NCBI GenBank assembly: GCA_976226885.1 | Contig: OZ320315.1 | Span: 116,002,001 to 116,066,000, forward strand | Direction of reading: 5' to 3' | Source of the DNA: Iphione sp. A-MEVVRFRX5 | Taxonomy: Eukaryota | Length of the DNA stretch: 64,000 bases | Part shown: positions 11,301-25,938 of the stretch, one piece after another | How the letters are laid out: each line of letters begins with the position of its first letter | How positions within the stretch are numbered: the first letter of the stretch is position 1 | The notes under the pieces: generated by a model | Databases searched by the model: none | What the model saw: the letters and a program-made list of their open reading frames with translations, nothing else | What the model was told of the DNA's origin: nothing | Program-made: the position numbers and the translations under genes

Positions 11301-14300
11301 AGCACATTCTATACCCAGGTGCACCTGCATAAAACTCTGTGGTATCTTTCAGGTCCAGTAGAAAGTGAGCTTGAGGACCTGTGCTGGTTCAAGGTGTGTT
11401 CTTTCCATCCAGCTCTCTTCCTAGTAGAAATCTTCAAGCACTTACAACACATGCTGATCAGTGGCATAGCTTGGACCTGTCACCAAAGTGACAGTTCCCA
11501 CTGCACACCCACTGTGCAACCCCTGAAAATTGTCAAATATCTTCTCCTGCCATAGCCTTTTATATAAATACCTGGGATCTCTATATTATCATAGAGAAAT
11601 AGTGACTGGTCCATGGCAGAAACAGTATAAAATTCTTCAAAGAAAACAATGCAAAAATCACAGAAAAATCAGTAAGGAAAATCACAGAAAGAAAATCACA
11701 GTAAAATCAAGCAAACAAACTGTCAATAAAATCACAAGCAAAATCACATGATTTTGTGGAATAAATGCAATACCAGATGATCTACTCTGCATGTGGGTGA
11801 GAAACATGGTGACCAAGGCAGGGAAATGTTCCATCTTTTATACCTAGAGGTGGGAAGCCATTCCAGTCAAACTCTGAAGTGGATCAGGGGTGGTCGGGTC
11901 TGGGTATAAAAACAGGAATAACTCCGGAACTAAGGGCAGATTCAAAAAAGGACAAAAGTGTCATGCTGCAGGCCAGAGGGAGGGTAGGAATATGTAGAAG
12001 ATGGCTGTCAAGGGTTTCTATCAGAATTAGGGTTGTAAAGCTTTCTGAAAACTTCAAAAACCCCTCAAGGGTAGGATTCCGGAGTTTAGAGTAGATTGGA
12101 GGTGGTCGGGTCTGGTTATTAAAACCAGATCAGGTAAGTGCCACTCACCTACACTAGGCAAATGAATGGCTACAACCACAGGTGCATGCATGTCCATGTA
12201 GCTTGTACCAGCCATCGTAGGAACTGGCTGATATGGCAGAGCCATATCTATCTACCTGCTCCTCCTCAACCTGACACAGGCCCTAACAACATCCAACTAC
12301 CCTACGAACTAAATGAAGAGCCATCTTTCTTTCTGGGTAACTTTCACAAAAAAGAACGCACCTGACATAAATCCCAAAAACCCACTTAACTGAATCTGAC
12401 TCTGAGGTTACTCAGGATGATAATTTTCACTTGACAGTAGTACAAGAAGATAATTAGGTTTTGAAATGAATCCTCCATAGTCCACAGATTTTGTACTTTT
12501 CTGATTCTGCTTCTGACCAGTACCCAGCAAAGGTCAGCCTTTCTTGTCTGTCCAATCTATACAAGTTAAAATTCTCCACTGCTAAATAATTGTTTAGGTA
12601 CCATTTTCCAGTTTGGATTTTGTTACAGATATTTCTTATGTTCATATGATTGAGTTTTACTCACATGTTTGACATCATCTGATATGAGTTGACATGTCAA
12701 GGTGTTTAACATGAAATCAACATGTCGCCTGCATTAGCCATCAGAGGAACCTGTTGATATGGCAGAGCCATATCTACCTGCTCCTCGTCAACCTGACACA
12801 GGCCCCAACAACATCCAACTACCCTAAGAACTAAACTAAGAGCCATCTTTCTTTCTGAGTGTAATTTTCACAAAGAATGCACCTGGTATAAACCCCATAA
12901 ACTTCTTGATGAGTGCAAGGAGAGTTTTCCTGGACTGGTTCTCAGTTTAACAAGAAAATATTTCTTAACTAATTGGCCATTCACATGTTGACCTCTATGG
13001 TACTTTCTCTCACAAAATGTGCTCTAATCTATCTTCACTCCCACACCAGGGCCACCAATCTGTTCACTATCCTTCTCCATGACTGCCATACAAAAATTAA
13101 CCAATCAACTACTACGCCAGCACATTCTATACCCAGCTGCACCTGCATAAAACTCTGTGGTATCTTTCAGGTCCAGTAGCAAGTGAGCTTGAGGACCTGT
13201 GCTGGTTCAAGGTGTGTTCTTTCCATCCAGCTCTCTTCCTAGTAGAAATCTTCCAGCACTTACAACACATGTCTCTATATTATCATAGAGAAATAGTGAC
13301 TGGTCCATGGCAGAAACAGTATAAAATTCTTCAAAGAAAACAATGCAAAAATCACAGAAAAATCAGTAAGGAAAATCACAGAAAGAAAATCACAGTAAAA
13401 TCAAGCAAACAAACTGTCAATAAAATCACAAGCAAAATCACATGATTTTGTGGAATAAATGCAATACCAGATGATCTACTCTGCATGTGGGTGAGACACA
13501 TGGTGACCAAGGCAGGGAAATGTTCCATCTTTTATACCTAGAGGTGGGAAGCCATTCCAGTCAAACTCTAGAGTGGATCGGGGGTGGTCGGGTCTGGGTA
13601 TAAAAACAGGAATAACTCTGGAACTAAGGGCAGATTCAAAAAAAGACAAAAGTGTCATGCTGCAGGCCAGAGGGAGGGTAGGAATATGTAGAAGATGGCT
13701 GTCAAGGGTTTCTATCAGAATTAGGGTTGTAAAGCTTTCTGAAAACTCCAAAAACCCCTCAAGGGTAGGATTCCGGAGTTTAGAGTAGATTGGAGGTGGT
13801 CGGGTCTGGTTATTAAAACCAGATCAGGTAAGTGCCACTCACCTACACTAGGCAAATGAATGGCTACAACCACAGGGGCATGCATGTCCATGTAGCTTGT
13901 ACCAGCCATCGTAGGAACTGGCTGATACGGCAGAGCCATATCTATCTACCTGCTCCTCCTCAACCTGACACAGGCCCTAACAACATCCAACTACCCTACG
14001 AACTAAATGAAGAGCCATCTTTCTTTCTGGGTAACTTTCACAAAAAAGAATGCACCTGACATAAATCCCAAAAACCCACTTAACTGAATCTGACTCTGAG
14101 GTTACTCAGGATGATAATTTTCACTTGACAGTAGTACAAGAAGATAATTAGGTTTTGAAATGAATCCTCCATAGTCCACAGATTTTGTACTTTTCTGATT
14201 CTGCTTCTGACCAGTACCCAGCAAAGGTCAGCCTTTCTTGTCTGTCCAATCTATACAAGTTAAAATTCTCCACTGCTGAATAATTGTTTAGGTACCATTT

Positions 14301-17300
14301 TCCAGTTTGGATTTTGTTACAGATATTTCTTATGTTCATATGATTGAGTTTTACTCACATGTTTGACATCATCTGATATGAGTTGACATGTCAAGGTGTT
14401 TAACATGAAATCAACATGTCGCCTGCATTAGCCATCAGAGGAACCTGTTGATATGGCAGAGCCATATCTACCTGCTCCTCGTCAACCTGACACAGGCCCC
14501 AACAACATCCAACTACCCTAAGAACTAAACTAAGAGCCATCTTTCTTTCTGAGTGTAATTTTCACAAAGAATGCACCTGGTATAAACCCCATAAACTTCT
14601 TGATGAGGAGTGGAAGGAGAGTTTTCCTGGACTGGTTCTCAGTTGAACAAGAAAACATTTCTTAACTAATTGGCCATTCACATGTTGACCTCTATGGTAC
14701 TTCCTCTTACAAAATGTGCTCTAATCTATCTTCACTCCCACACCAGGGCCACTAATCTGTTCACTATCCTTCTCCATGACTGCCATACAAAAATTAACCA
14801 ATCAACTACTACGCCAGCACATTCTATACCCAGGTGCACCTGCATAAAACTCTGTGGTATCTTTCAGGTCCAGTAGAAAGTGAGCTTGAGGACCTGTGCT
14901 GGTTCAAGGTGTGTTCTTTCCATCCAGCTCTCTTCCTAGTAGAAATCTTCAAGCACTTACAACACATGCTGATCAGTGGCATAGCTTGGACCTGTCACCA
15001 AAGTGACAGTTCCCACTGCACACCCACTGTGCAACCCCTGAAAATTGTCAAATATCTTCTCCTGCCATAGCCTTTTATATAAATACCTGGGATCTCTATA
15101 TTATCATAGAGAAATAGTGACTGGTCCATGGCAGAAACAGTATAAAATTCTTCAAAGAAAACAATGCAAAAATCACAGAAAAATCAGTAAGGAAAATCAC
15201 AGAAAGAAAATCACAGTAAAATCAAGCAAACAAACTGTCAATAAAATCACAAGCGAAATCACATGATTTTGTGGAATAAATGCAATACCAGATGATCTAC
15301 TCTGCATGTGGGTGAGAAACATGGTGACCAAGGCAGGGAAATGTTCCATCTTTTATACCTAGAGGTGGGAAGCCATTCCAGTCAAACTCTGAAGTGGATC
15401 AGGGGTGGTCGGGTCTGGGTATAAAAACAGGAATAACTCCGGAACTAAGGGCAGATTCAAAAAAGGACAAAAGTGTCATGCTGCAGGCCAGAGGGAGGGT
15501 AGGAATATGTAGAAGATGGCTGTCAAGGGTTTCTATCAGAATTAGGGTTGTAAAGCTTTCTGAAAACTTCAAAAACCCCTCAAGGGTAGGATTCCGGAGT
15601 TTAGAGTAGATTGGAGGTGGTCGGGTCTGGTTATTAAAACCAGATCAGGTAAGTGCCACTCACCTACACTAGGCAAATGAATGGCTACAACCACAGGTGC
15701 ATGCATGTCCATGTAGCTTGTACCAGCCATCGTAGGAACTGGCTGATATGGCAGAGCCATATCTATCTACCTGCTCCTCCTCAACCTGACACAGGCCCTA
15801 ACAACATCCAACTACCCTACGAACTAAATGAAGAGCCATCTTTCTTTCTGGGTAACTTTCACAAAAAAGAACGCACCTGACATAAATCCCAAAAACCCAC
15901 TTAACTGAATCTGACTCTGAGGTTACTCAGGATGATAATTTTCACTTGACAGTAGTACAAGAAGATAATTAGGTTTTGAAATGAATCCTCCATAGTCCAC
16001 AGATTTTGTACTTTTCTGATTCTGCTTCTGACCAGTACCCAGCAAAGGTCAGCCTTTCTTGTCTGTCTAATCTATACAAGTTAAAATTCTCCACTGCTAA
16101 ATAATTGTTTAGGTACCATTTTCCAGTTTGGATTTTGTTACAGATATTTCTTATGTTCATATGATTGAGTTTTACTCACATGTTTGACATCATCTGATAT
16201 GAGTTGACATGTCAAGGTGTTTAACATGAAATCAACATGTCGCCTGCATTAGCCATCAGAGGAACCTGTTGATATGGCAGAGCCATATCTACCTGCTCCT
16301 CGTCAACCTGACACAGGCCCCAACAACATCCAACTACCCTAAGAACTAAACTAAGAGCCATCTTTCTTTCTGAGTGTAATTTTCACAAAGAATGCACCTG
16401 GTATAAACCCCATAAACTTCTTGATGAGTGCAAGGAGAGTTTTCCTGGACTGGTTCTCAGTTTAACAAGAAAATATTTCTTAACTAATTGGCCATTCACA
16501 TGTTGACCTCTATGGTACTTTCTCTCACAAAATGTGCTCTAATCTATCTTCACTCCCACACCAGGGCCACCAATCTGTTCACTATCCTTCTCCATGACTG
16601 CCATACAAAAATTAACCAATCAACTACTACGCCAGCACATTCTATACCCAGGTGCACCTGCATAAAACTCTGTGGTATCTTTCAGGTCCAGTAGCAAGTG
16701 AGCTTGAGGACCTGTGCTGGTTCAAGGTGTGTTCTTTCCATCCAGCTCTCTTCCTAGTAGAAATCTTCCAGCACTTACAACACATGTCTCTATATTATCA
16801 TAGAGAAATAGTGACTGGTCCATGGCAGAAACAGTATAAAATTCTTCAAAGAAAACAATGCAAAAATCACAGAAAAATCAGTAAGGAAAATCACAGAAAG
16901 AAAATCACAGTAAAATCAAGCAAACAAACTGTCAATAAAATCACAAGCAAAATCACATGATTTTGTGGAATAAATGCAATACCAGATGATCTACTCTGCA
17001 TGTGGGTGAGACACATGGTGACCAAGGCAGGGAAATGTTCCATCTTTTATACCTAGAGGTGGGAAGCCATTCCAGTCAAACTCTAGAGTGGATCGGGGGT
17101 GGTCGGGTCTGGGTATAAAAACAGGAATAACTCTGGAACTAAGGGCAGATTCAAAAAAAGACAAAAGTGTCATGCTGCAGGCCAGAGGGAGGGTAGGAAT
17201 ATGTAGAAGATGGCTGTCAAGGGTTTCTATCAGAATTAGGGTTGTAAAGCTTTCTGAAAACTCCAAAAACCCCTCAAGGGTAGGATTCCGGAGTTTAGAG

Positions 17301-20300
17301 TAGATTGGAGGTGGTCGGGTCTGGTTATTAAAACCAGATCAGGTAAGTGCCACTCACCTACACTAGGCAAATGAATGGCTACAACCACAGGGGCATGCAT
17401 GTCCATGTAGCTTGTACCAGCCATCGTAGGAACTGGCTGATACGGCAGAGCCATATCTATCTACCTGCTCCTCCTCAACCTGACACAGGCCCTAACAACA
17501 TCCAACTACCCTACGAACTAAATGAAGAGCCATCTTTCTTTCTGGGTAACTTTCACAAAAAAGAATGCACCTGACATAAATCCCAAAAACCCACTTAACT
17601 GAATCTGACTCTGAGGTTACTCAGGATGATAATTTTCACTTGACAGTAGTACAAGAAGATAATTAGGTTTTGAAATGAATCCTCCATAGTCCACAGATTT
17701 TGTACTTTTCTGATTCTGCTTCTGACCAGTACCCAGCAAAGGTCAGCCTTTCTTGTCTGTCCAATCTATACAAGTTAAAATTCTCCACTGCTGAATAATT
17801 GTTTAGGTACCATTTTCCAGTTTGGATTTTGTTACAGATATTTCTTATGTTCATATGATTGAGTTTTACTCACATGTTTGACATCATCTGATATGAGTTG
17901 ACATGTCAAGGTGTTTAACATGAAATCAACATGTCGCCTGCATTAGCCATCAGAGGAACCTGTTGATATGGCAGAGCCATATCTACCTGCTCCTCGTCAA
18001 CCTGACACAGGCCCCAACAACATCCAACTACCCTAAGAACTAAACTAAGAGCCATCTTTCTTTCTGAGTGTAATTTTCACAAAGAATGCACCTGGTATAA
18101 ACCCCATAAACTTCTTGATGAGGAGTGGAAGGAGAGTTTTCCTGGACTGGTTCTCAGTTGAACAAGAAAACATTTCTTAACTAATTGGCCATTCACATGT
18201 TGACCTCTATGGTACTTCCTCTTACAAAATGTGCTCTAATCTATCTTCACTCCCACACCAGGGCCACTAATCTGTTCACTATCCTTCTCCATGACTGCCA
18301 TACAAAAATTAACCAATCAACTACTACGCCAGCACATTCTATACCCAGGTGCACCTGCATAAAACTCTGTGGTATCTTTCAGGTCCAGTAGAAAGTGAGC
18401 TTGAGGACCTGTGCTGGTTCAAGGTGTGTTCTTTCCATCCAGCTCTCTTCCTAGTAGAAATCTTCAAGCACTTACAACACATGCTGATCAGTGGCATAGC
18501 TTGGACCTATCACCAAAGTGACAGTTCCCACTGCACACCCACTGTGCAACCCCTGAAAATTGTCAAATATCTTCTCCTGCCATAGCCTTTTATATAAATA
18601 CCTGGGATCTCTATATTATCATAGAGAAATAGTGACTGGTCCATGGCAGAAACAGTATAAAATTCTTCAAAGAAAACAATGCAAAAATCACAGAAAAATC
18701 AGTAAGGAAAATCACAGAAAGAAAATCACAGTAAAATCAAGCAAACAAACTGTCAATAAAATCACAAGCGAAATCACATGATTTTGTGGAATAAATGCAA
18801 TACCAGATGATCTACTCTGCATGTGGGTGAGAAACATGGTGACCAAGGCAGGGAAATGTTCCATCTTTTATACCTAGAGGTGGGAAGCCATTCCAGTCAA
18901 ACTCTGAAGTGGATCAGGGGTGGTCGGGTCTGGGTATAAAAACAGGAATAACTCCGGAACTAAGGGCAGATTCAAAAAAGGACAAAAGTGTCATGCTGCA
19001 GGTCAGAGGGAGGGTAGGAATATGTAGAAGATGGCTGTCAAGGGTTTCTATCAGAATTAGGGTTGTAAAGCTTTCTGAAAACTCCAAAAACCCCTCAAGG
19101 GTAGGATTCCGGAGTTTAGAGTAGATTGGAGGTGGTCGGGTCTGGTTATTAAAACCAGATCAGGTAAGTGCCACTCACCTACACTAGGCAAATGAATGGC
19201 TACAACCACAGGTGCATGCATGTCCATGTAGCTTGTACCAGCCATCGTAGGAACTGGCTGATATGGCAGAGCCATATCTATCTACCTGCTCCTCCTCAAC
19301 CTGACACAGGCCCTAACAACATCCAACTACCCTACGAACTAAATGAAGAGCCATCTTTCTTTCTGGGTAACTTTCACAAAAAAGAACGCACCTGACATAA
19401 ATCCCAAAAACCCACTTAACTGAATCTGACTCTGAGGTTACTCAGGATGATAATTTTCACTTGACAGTAGTACAAGAAGATAATTAGGTTTTGAAATGAA
19501 TCCTCCATAGTCCACAGATTTTGTACTTTTCTGATTCTGCTTCTGACCAGTACCCAGCAAAGGTCAGCCTTTCTTGTCTGTCCAATCTATACAAGTTAAA
19601 ATTCTCCACTGCTAAATAATTGTTTAGGTACCATTTTCCAGTTTGGATTTTGTTACAGATATTTCTTATGTTCATATGATTGAGTTTTACTCACATGTTT
19701 GACATCATCTGATATGAGTTGACATGTCAAGGTGTTTAACATGAAATCAACATGTCGCCTGCATTAGCCATCAGAGGAACCTGTTGATATGGCAGAGCCA
19801 TATCTACCTGCTCCTCGTCAACCTGACACAGGCCCCAACAACATCCAACTACCCTAAGAACTAAACTAAGAGCCATCTTTCTTTCTGAGTGTAATTTTCA
19901 CAAAGAATGCACCTGGTATAAACCCCATAAACTTCTTGATGAGTGCAAGGAGAGTTTTCCTGGACTGGTTCTCAGTTTAACAAGAAAATATTTCTTAACT
20001 AATTGGCCATTCACATGTTGACCTCTATGGTACTTTCTCTCACAAAATGTGCTCTAATCTATCTTCACTCCCACACCAGGGCCACCAATCTGTTCACTAT
20101 CCTTCTCCATGACTGCCATACAAAAATTAACCAATCAACTACTACGCCAGCACATTCTATACCCAGGTGCACCTGCATAAAACTCTGTGGTATCTTTCAG
20201 GTCCAGTAGCAAGTGAGCTTGAGGACCTGTGCTGGTTCAAGGTGTGTTCTTTCCATCCAGCTCTCTTCCTAGTAGAAATCTTCCAGCACTTACAACACAT

Positions 20301-23300
20301 GTCTCTATATTATCATAGAGAAATAGTGACTGGTCCATGGCAGAAACAGTATAAAATTCTTCAAAGAAAACAATGCAAAAATCACAGAAAAATCAGTAAG
20401 GAAAATCACAGAAAGAAAATCACAGTAAAATCAAGCAAACAAACTGTCAATAAAATCACAAGCAAAATCACATGATTTTGTGGAATAAATGCAATACCAG
20501 ATGATCTACTCTGCATGTGGGTGAGACACATGGTGACCAAGGCAGGGAAATGTTCCATCTTTTATACCTAGAGGTGGGAAGCCATTCCAGTCAAACTCTA
20601 GAGTGGATCGGGGGTGGTCGGGTCTGGGTATAAAAACAGGAATAACTCTGGAACTAAGGGCAGATTCAAAAAAAGACAAAAGTGTCATGCTGCAGGCCAG
20701 AGGGAGGGTAGGAATATGTAGAAGATGGCTGTCAAGGGTTTCTATCAGAATTAGGGTTGTAAAGCTTTCTGAAAACTCCAAAAACCCCTCAAGGGTAGGA
20801 TTCCGGAGTTTAGAGTAGATTGGAGGTGGTCGGGTCTGGTTATTAAAACCAGATCAGGTAAGTGCCACTCACCTACACTAGGCAAATGAATGGCTACAAC
20901 CACAGGGGCATGCATGTCCATGTAGCTTGTACCAGCCATCGTAGGAACTGGCTGATACGGCAGAGCCATATCTATCTACCTGCTCCTCCTCAACCTGACA
21001 CAGGCCCTAACAACATCCAACTACCCTACGAACTAAATGAAGAGCCATCTTTCTTTCTGGGTAACTTTCACAAAAAAGAATGCACCTGACATAAATCCCA
21101 AAAACCCACTTAACTGAATCTGACTCTGAGGTTACTCAGGATGATAATTTTCACTTGACAGTAGTACAAGAAGATAATTAGGTTTTGAAATGAATCCTCC
21201 ATAGTCCACAGATTTTGTACTTTTCTGATTCTGCTTCTGACCAGTACCCAGCAAAGGTCAGCCTTTCTTGTCTGTCCAATCTATACAAGTTAAAATTCTC
21301 CACTGCTGAATAATTGTTTAGGTACCATTTTCCAGTTTGGATTTTGTTACAGATATTTCTTATGTTCATATGATTGAGTTTTACTCACATGTTTGACATC
21401 ATCTGATATGAGTTGACATGTCAAGGTGTTTAACATGAAATCAACATGTCGCCTGCATTAGCCATCAGAGGAACCTGTTGATATGGCAGAGCCATATCTA
21501 CCTGCTCCTCGTCAACCTGACACAGGCCCCAACAACATCCAACTACCCTAAGAACTAAACTAAGAGCCATCTTTCTTTCTGAGTGTAATTTTCACAAAGA
21601 ATGCACCTGGTATAAACCCCATAAACTTCTTGATGAGGAGTGGAAGGAGAGTTTTCCTGGACTGGTTCTCAGTTGAACAAGAAAACATTTCTTAACTAAT
21701 TGGCCATTCACATGTTGACCTCTATGGTACTTCCTCTTACAAAATGTGCTCTAATCTATCTTCACTCCCACACCAGGGCCACTAATCTGTTCACTATCCT
21801 TCTCCATGACTGCCATACAAAAATTAACCAATCAACTACTACGCCAGCACATTCTATACCCAGGTGCACCTGCATAAAACTCTGTGGTATCTTTCAGGTC
21901 CAGTAGAAAGTGAGCTTGAGGACCTGTGCTGGTTCAAGGTGTGTTCTTTCCATCCAGCTCTCTTCCTAGTAGAAATCTTCAAGCACTTACAACACATGCT
22001 GATCAGTGGCATAGCTTGGACCTGTCACCAAAGTGACAGTTCCCACTGCACACCCACTGTGCAACCCCTGAAAATTGTCAAATATCTTCTCCTGCCATAG
22101 CCTTTTATATAAATACCTGGGATCTCTATATTATCATAGAGAAATAGTGACTGGTCCATGGCAGAAACAGTATAAAATTCTTCAAAGAAAACAATGCAAA
22201 AATCACAGAAAAATCAGTAAGGAAAATCACAGAAAGAAAATCACAGTAAAATCAAGCAAACAAACTGTCAATAAAATCACAAGCGAAATCACATGATTTT
22301 GTGGAATAAATGCAATACCAGATGATCTACTCTGCATGTGGGTGAGAAACATGGTGACCAAGGCAGGGAAATGTTCCATCTTTTATACCTAGAGGTGGGA
22401 AGCCATTCCAGTCAAACTCTGAAGTGGATCAGGGGTGGTCGGGTCTGGGTATAAAAACAGGAATAACTCCGGAACTAAGGGCAGATTCAAAAAAGGACAA
22501 AAGTGTCATGCTGCAGGCCAGAGGGAGGGTAGGAATATGTAGAAGATGGCTGTCAAGGGTTTCTATCAGAATTAGGGTTGTAAAGCTTTCTGAAAACTTC
22601 AAAAACCCCTCAAGGGTAGGATTCCGGAGTTTAGAGTAGATTGGAGGTGGTCGGGTCTGGTTATTAAAACCAGATCAGGTAAGTGCCACTCACCTACACT
22701 AGGCAAATGAATGGCTACAACCACAGGTGCATGCATGTCCATGTAGCTTGTACCAGCCATCGTAGGAACTGGCTGATATGGCAGAGCCATATCTATCTAC
22801 CTGCTCCTCCTCAACCTGACACAGGCCCTAACAACATCCAACTACCCTACGAACTAAATGAAGAGCCATCTTTCTTTCTGGGTAACTTTCACAAAAAAGA
22901 ACGCACCTGACATAAATCCCAAAAACCCACTTAACTGAATCTGACTCTGAGGTTACTCAGGATGATAATTTTCACTTGACAGTAGTACAAGAAGATAATT
23001 AGGTTTTGAAATGAATCCTCCATAGTCCACAGATTTTGTACTTTTCTGATTCTGCTTCTGACCAGTACCCAGCAAAGGTCAGCCTTTCTTGTCTGTCTAA
23101 TCTATACAAGTTAAAATTCTCCACTGCTAAATAATTGTTTAGGTACCATTTTCCAGTTTGGATTTTGTTACAGATATTTCTTATGTTCATATGATTGAGT
23201 TTTACTCACATGTTTGACATCATCTGATATGAGTTGACATGTCAAGGTGTTTAACATGAAATCAACATGTCGCCTGCATTAGCCATCAGAGGAACCTGTT

Positions 23301-25938
23301 GATATGGCAGAGCCATATCTACCTGCTCCTCGTCAACCTGACACAGGCCCCAACAACATCCAACTACCCTAAGAACTAAACTAAGAGCCATCTTTCTTTC
23401 TGAGTGTAATTTTCACAAAGAATGCACCTGGTATAAACCCCATAAACTTCTTGATGAGTGCAAGGAGAGTTTTCCTGGACTGGTTCTCAGTTTAACAAGA
23501 AAATATTTCTTAACTAATTGGCCATTCACATGTTGACCTCTATGGTACTTTCTCTCACAAAATGTGCTCTAATCTATCTTCACTCCCACACCAGGGCCAC
23601 CAATCTGTTCACTATCCTTCTCCATGACTGCCATACAAAAATTAACCAATCAACTACTACGCCAGCACATTCTATACCCAGCTGCACCTGCATAAAACTC
23701 TGTGGTATCTTTCAGGTCCAGTAGCAAGTGAGCTTGAGGACCTGTGCTGGTTCAAGGTGTGTTCTTTCCATCCAGCTCTCTTCCTAGTAGAAATCTTCCA
23801 GCACTTACAACACATGTCTCTATATTATCATAGAGAAATAGTGACTGGTCCATGGCAGAAACAGTATAAAATTCTTCAAAGAAAACAATGCAAAAATCAC
23901 AGAAAAATCAGTAAGGAAAATCACAGAAAGAAAATCACAGTAAAATCAAGCAAACAAACTGTCAATAAAATCACAAGCAAAATCACATGATTTTGTGGAA
24001 TAAATGCAATACCAGATGATCTACTCTGCATGTGGGTGAGACACATGGTGACCAAGGCAGGGAAATGTTCCATCTTTTATACCTAGAGGTGGGAAGCCAT
24101 TCCAGTCAAACTCTAGAGTGGATCGGGGGTGGTCGGGTCTGGGTATAAAAACAGGAATAACTCCGGAACTAAGGGCAGATTCAAAAAAAGACAAAAGTGT
24201 CATGCTGCAGGCCAGAGGGAGGGTAGGAATATGTAGAAGATGGCTGTCAAGGGTTTCTATCAGAATTAGGGTTGTAAAGCTTTCTGAAAACTCCAAAAAC
24301 CCCTCAAGGGTAGGATTCCGGAGTTTAGAGTAGATTGGAGGTGGTCGGGTCTGGTTATTAAAACCAGATCAGGTAAGTGCCACTCACCTACACTAGGCAA
24401 ATGAATGGCTACAACCACAGGGGCATGCATGTCCATGTAGCTTGTACCAGCCATCGTAGGAACTGGCTGATACGGCAGAGCCATATCTATCTACCTGCTC
24501 CTCCTCAACCTGACACAGGCCCTAACAACATCCAACTACCCTACGAACTAAATGAAGAGCCATCTTTCTTTCTGGGTAACTTTCACAAAAAAGAATGCAC
24601 CTGACATAAATCCCAAAAACCCACTTAACTGAATCTGACTCTGAGGTTACTCAGGATGATAATTTTCACTTGACAGTAGTACAAGAAGATAATTAGGTTT
24701 TGAAATGAATCCTCCATAGTCCACAGATTTTGTACTTTTCTGATTCTGCTTCTGACCAGTACCCAGCAAAGGTCAGCCTTTCTTGTCTGTCCAATCTATA
24801 CAAGTTAAAATTCTCCACTGCTGAATAATTGTTTAGGTACCATTTTCCAGTTTGGATTTTGTTACAGATATTTCTTATGTTCATATGATTGAGTTTTACT
24901 CACATGTTTGACATCATCTGATATGAGTTGACATGTCAAGGTGTTTAACATGAAATCAACATGTCGCCTGCATTAGCCATCAGAGGAACCTGTTGATATG
25001 GCAGAGCCATATCTACCTGCTCCTCGTCAACCTGACACAGGCCCCAACAACATCCAACTACCCTAAGAACTAAACTAAGAGCCATCTTTCTTTCTGAGTG
25101 TAATTTTCACAAAGAATGCACCTGGTATAAACCCCATAAACTTCTTGATGAGGAGTGGAAGGAGAGTTTTCCTGGACTGGTTCTCAGTTGAACAAGAAAA
25201 CATTTCTTAACTAATTGGCCATTCACATGTTGACCTCTATGGTACTTCCTCTTACAAAATGTGCTCTAATCTATCTTCACTCCCACACCAGGGCCACTAA
25301 TCTGTTCACTATCCTTCTCCATGACTGCCATACAAAAATTAACCAATCAACTACTACGCCAGCACATTCTATACCCAGGTGCACCTGCATAAAACTCTGT
25401 GGTATCTTTCAGGTCCAGTAGAAAGTGAGCTTGAGGACCTGTGCTGGTTCAAGGTGTGTTCTTTCCATCCAGCTCTCTTCCTAGTAGAAATCTTCCAGCA
25501 CTTACAACACATGCTGATCAGTGGCATAGCTTGGACCTGTCACCAAAGTGACAGTTCCCACTGCACACCCACTGTGCAACCCCTGAAAATTGTCAAATAT
25601 CTTCTCCTGCCATAGCCTTTTATATAAATACCTGGGATCTCTATATTATCATAGAGAAATAGTGACTGGTCCATGGCAGAAACAGTATAAAATTCTTCAA
25701 AGAAAACAATGCAAAAATCACAGAAAAATCAGTAAGGAAAATCACAGAAAGAAAATCACAGTAAAATCAAGCAAACAAACTGTCAATAAAATCACAAGCG
25801 AAATCACATGATTTTGTGGAATAAATGCAATACCAGATGATCTACTCTGCATGTGGGTGAGAAACATGGTGACCAAGGCAGGGAAATGTTCCATCTTTTA
25901 TACCTAGAGGTGGGAAGCCATTCCAGTCAAACTCTGAA
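8364..25938. repeat. Higher-order repeat: 3,515-bp dimer (1,694 + 1,821) x5
   Basis: Short monomers lack 124 bp (junction cacatg|tctctata at 9756/9757; equivalent to 11454-11577) and a 3-bp gag; long monomers retain both. 5 x 3515 = 17575 = 25939 - 8364. Confidence 0.95.
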
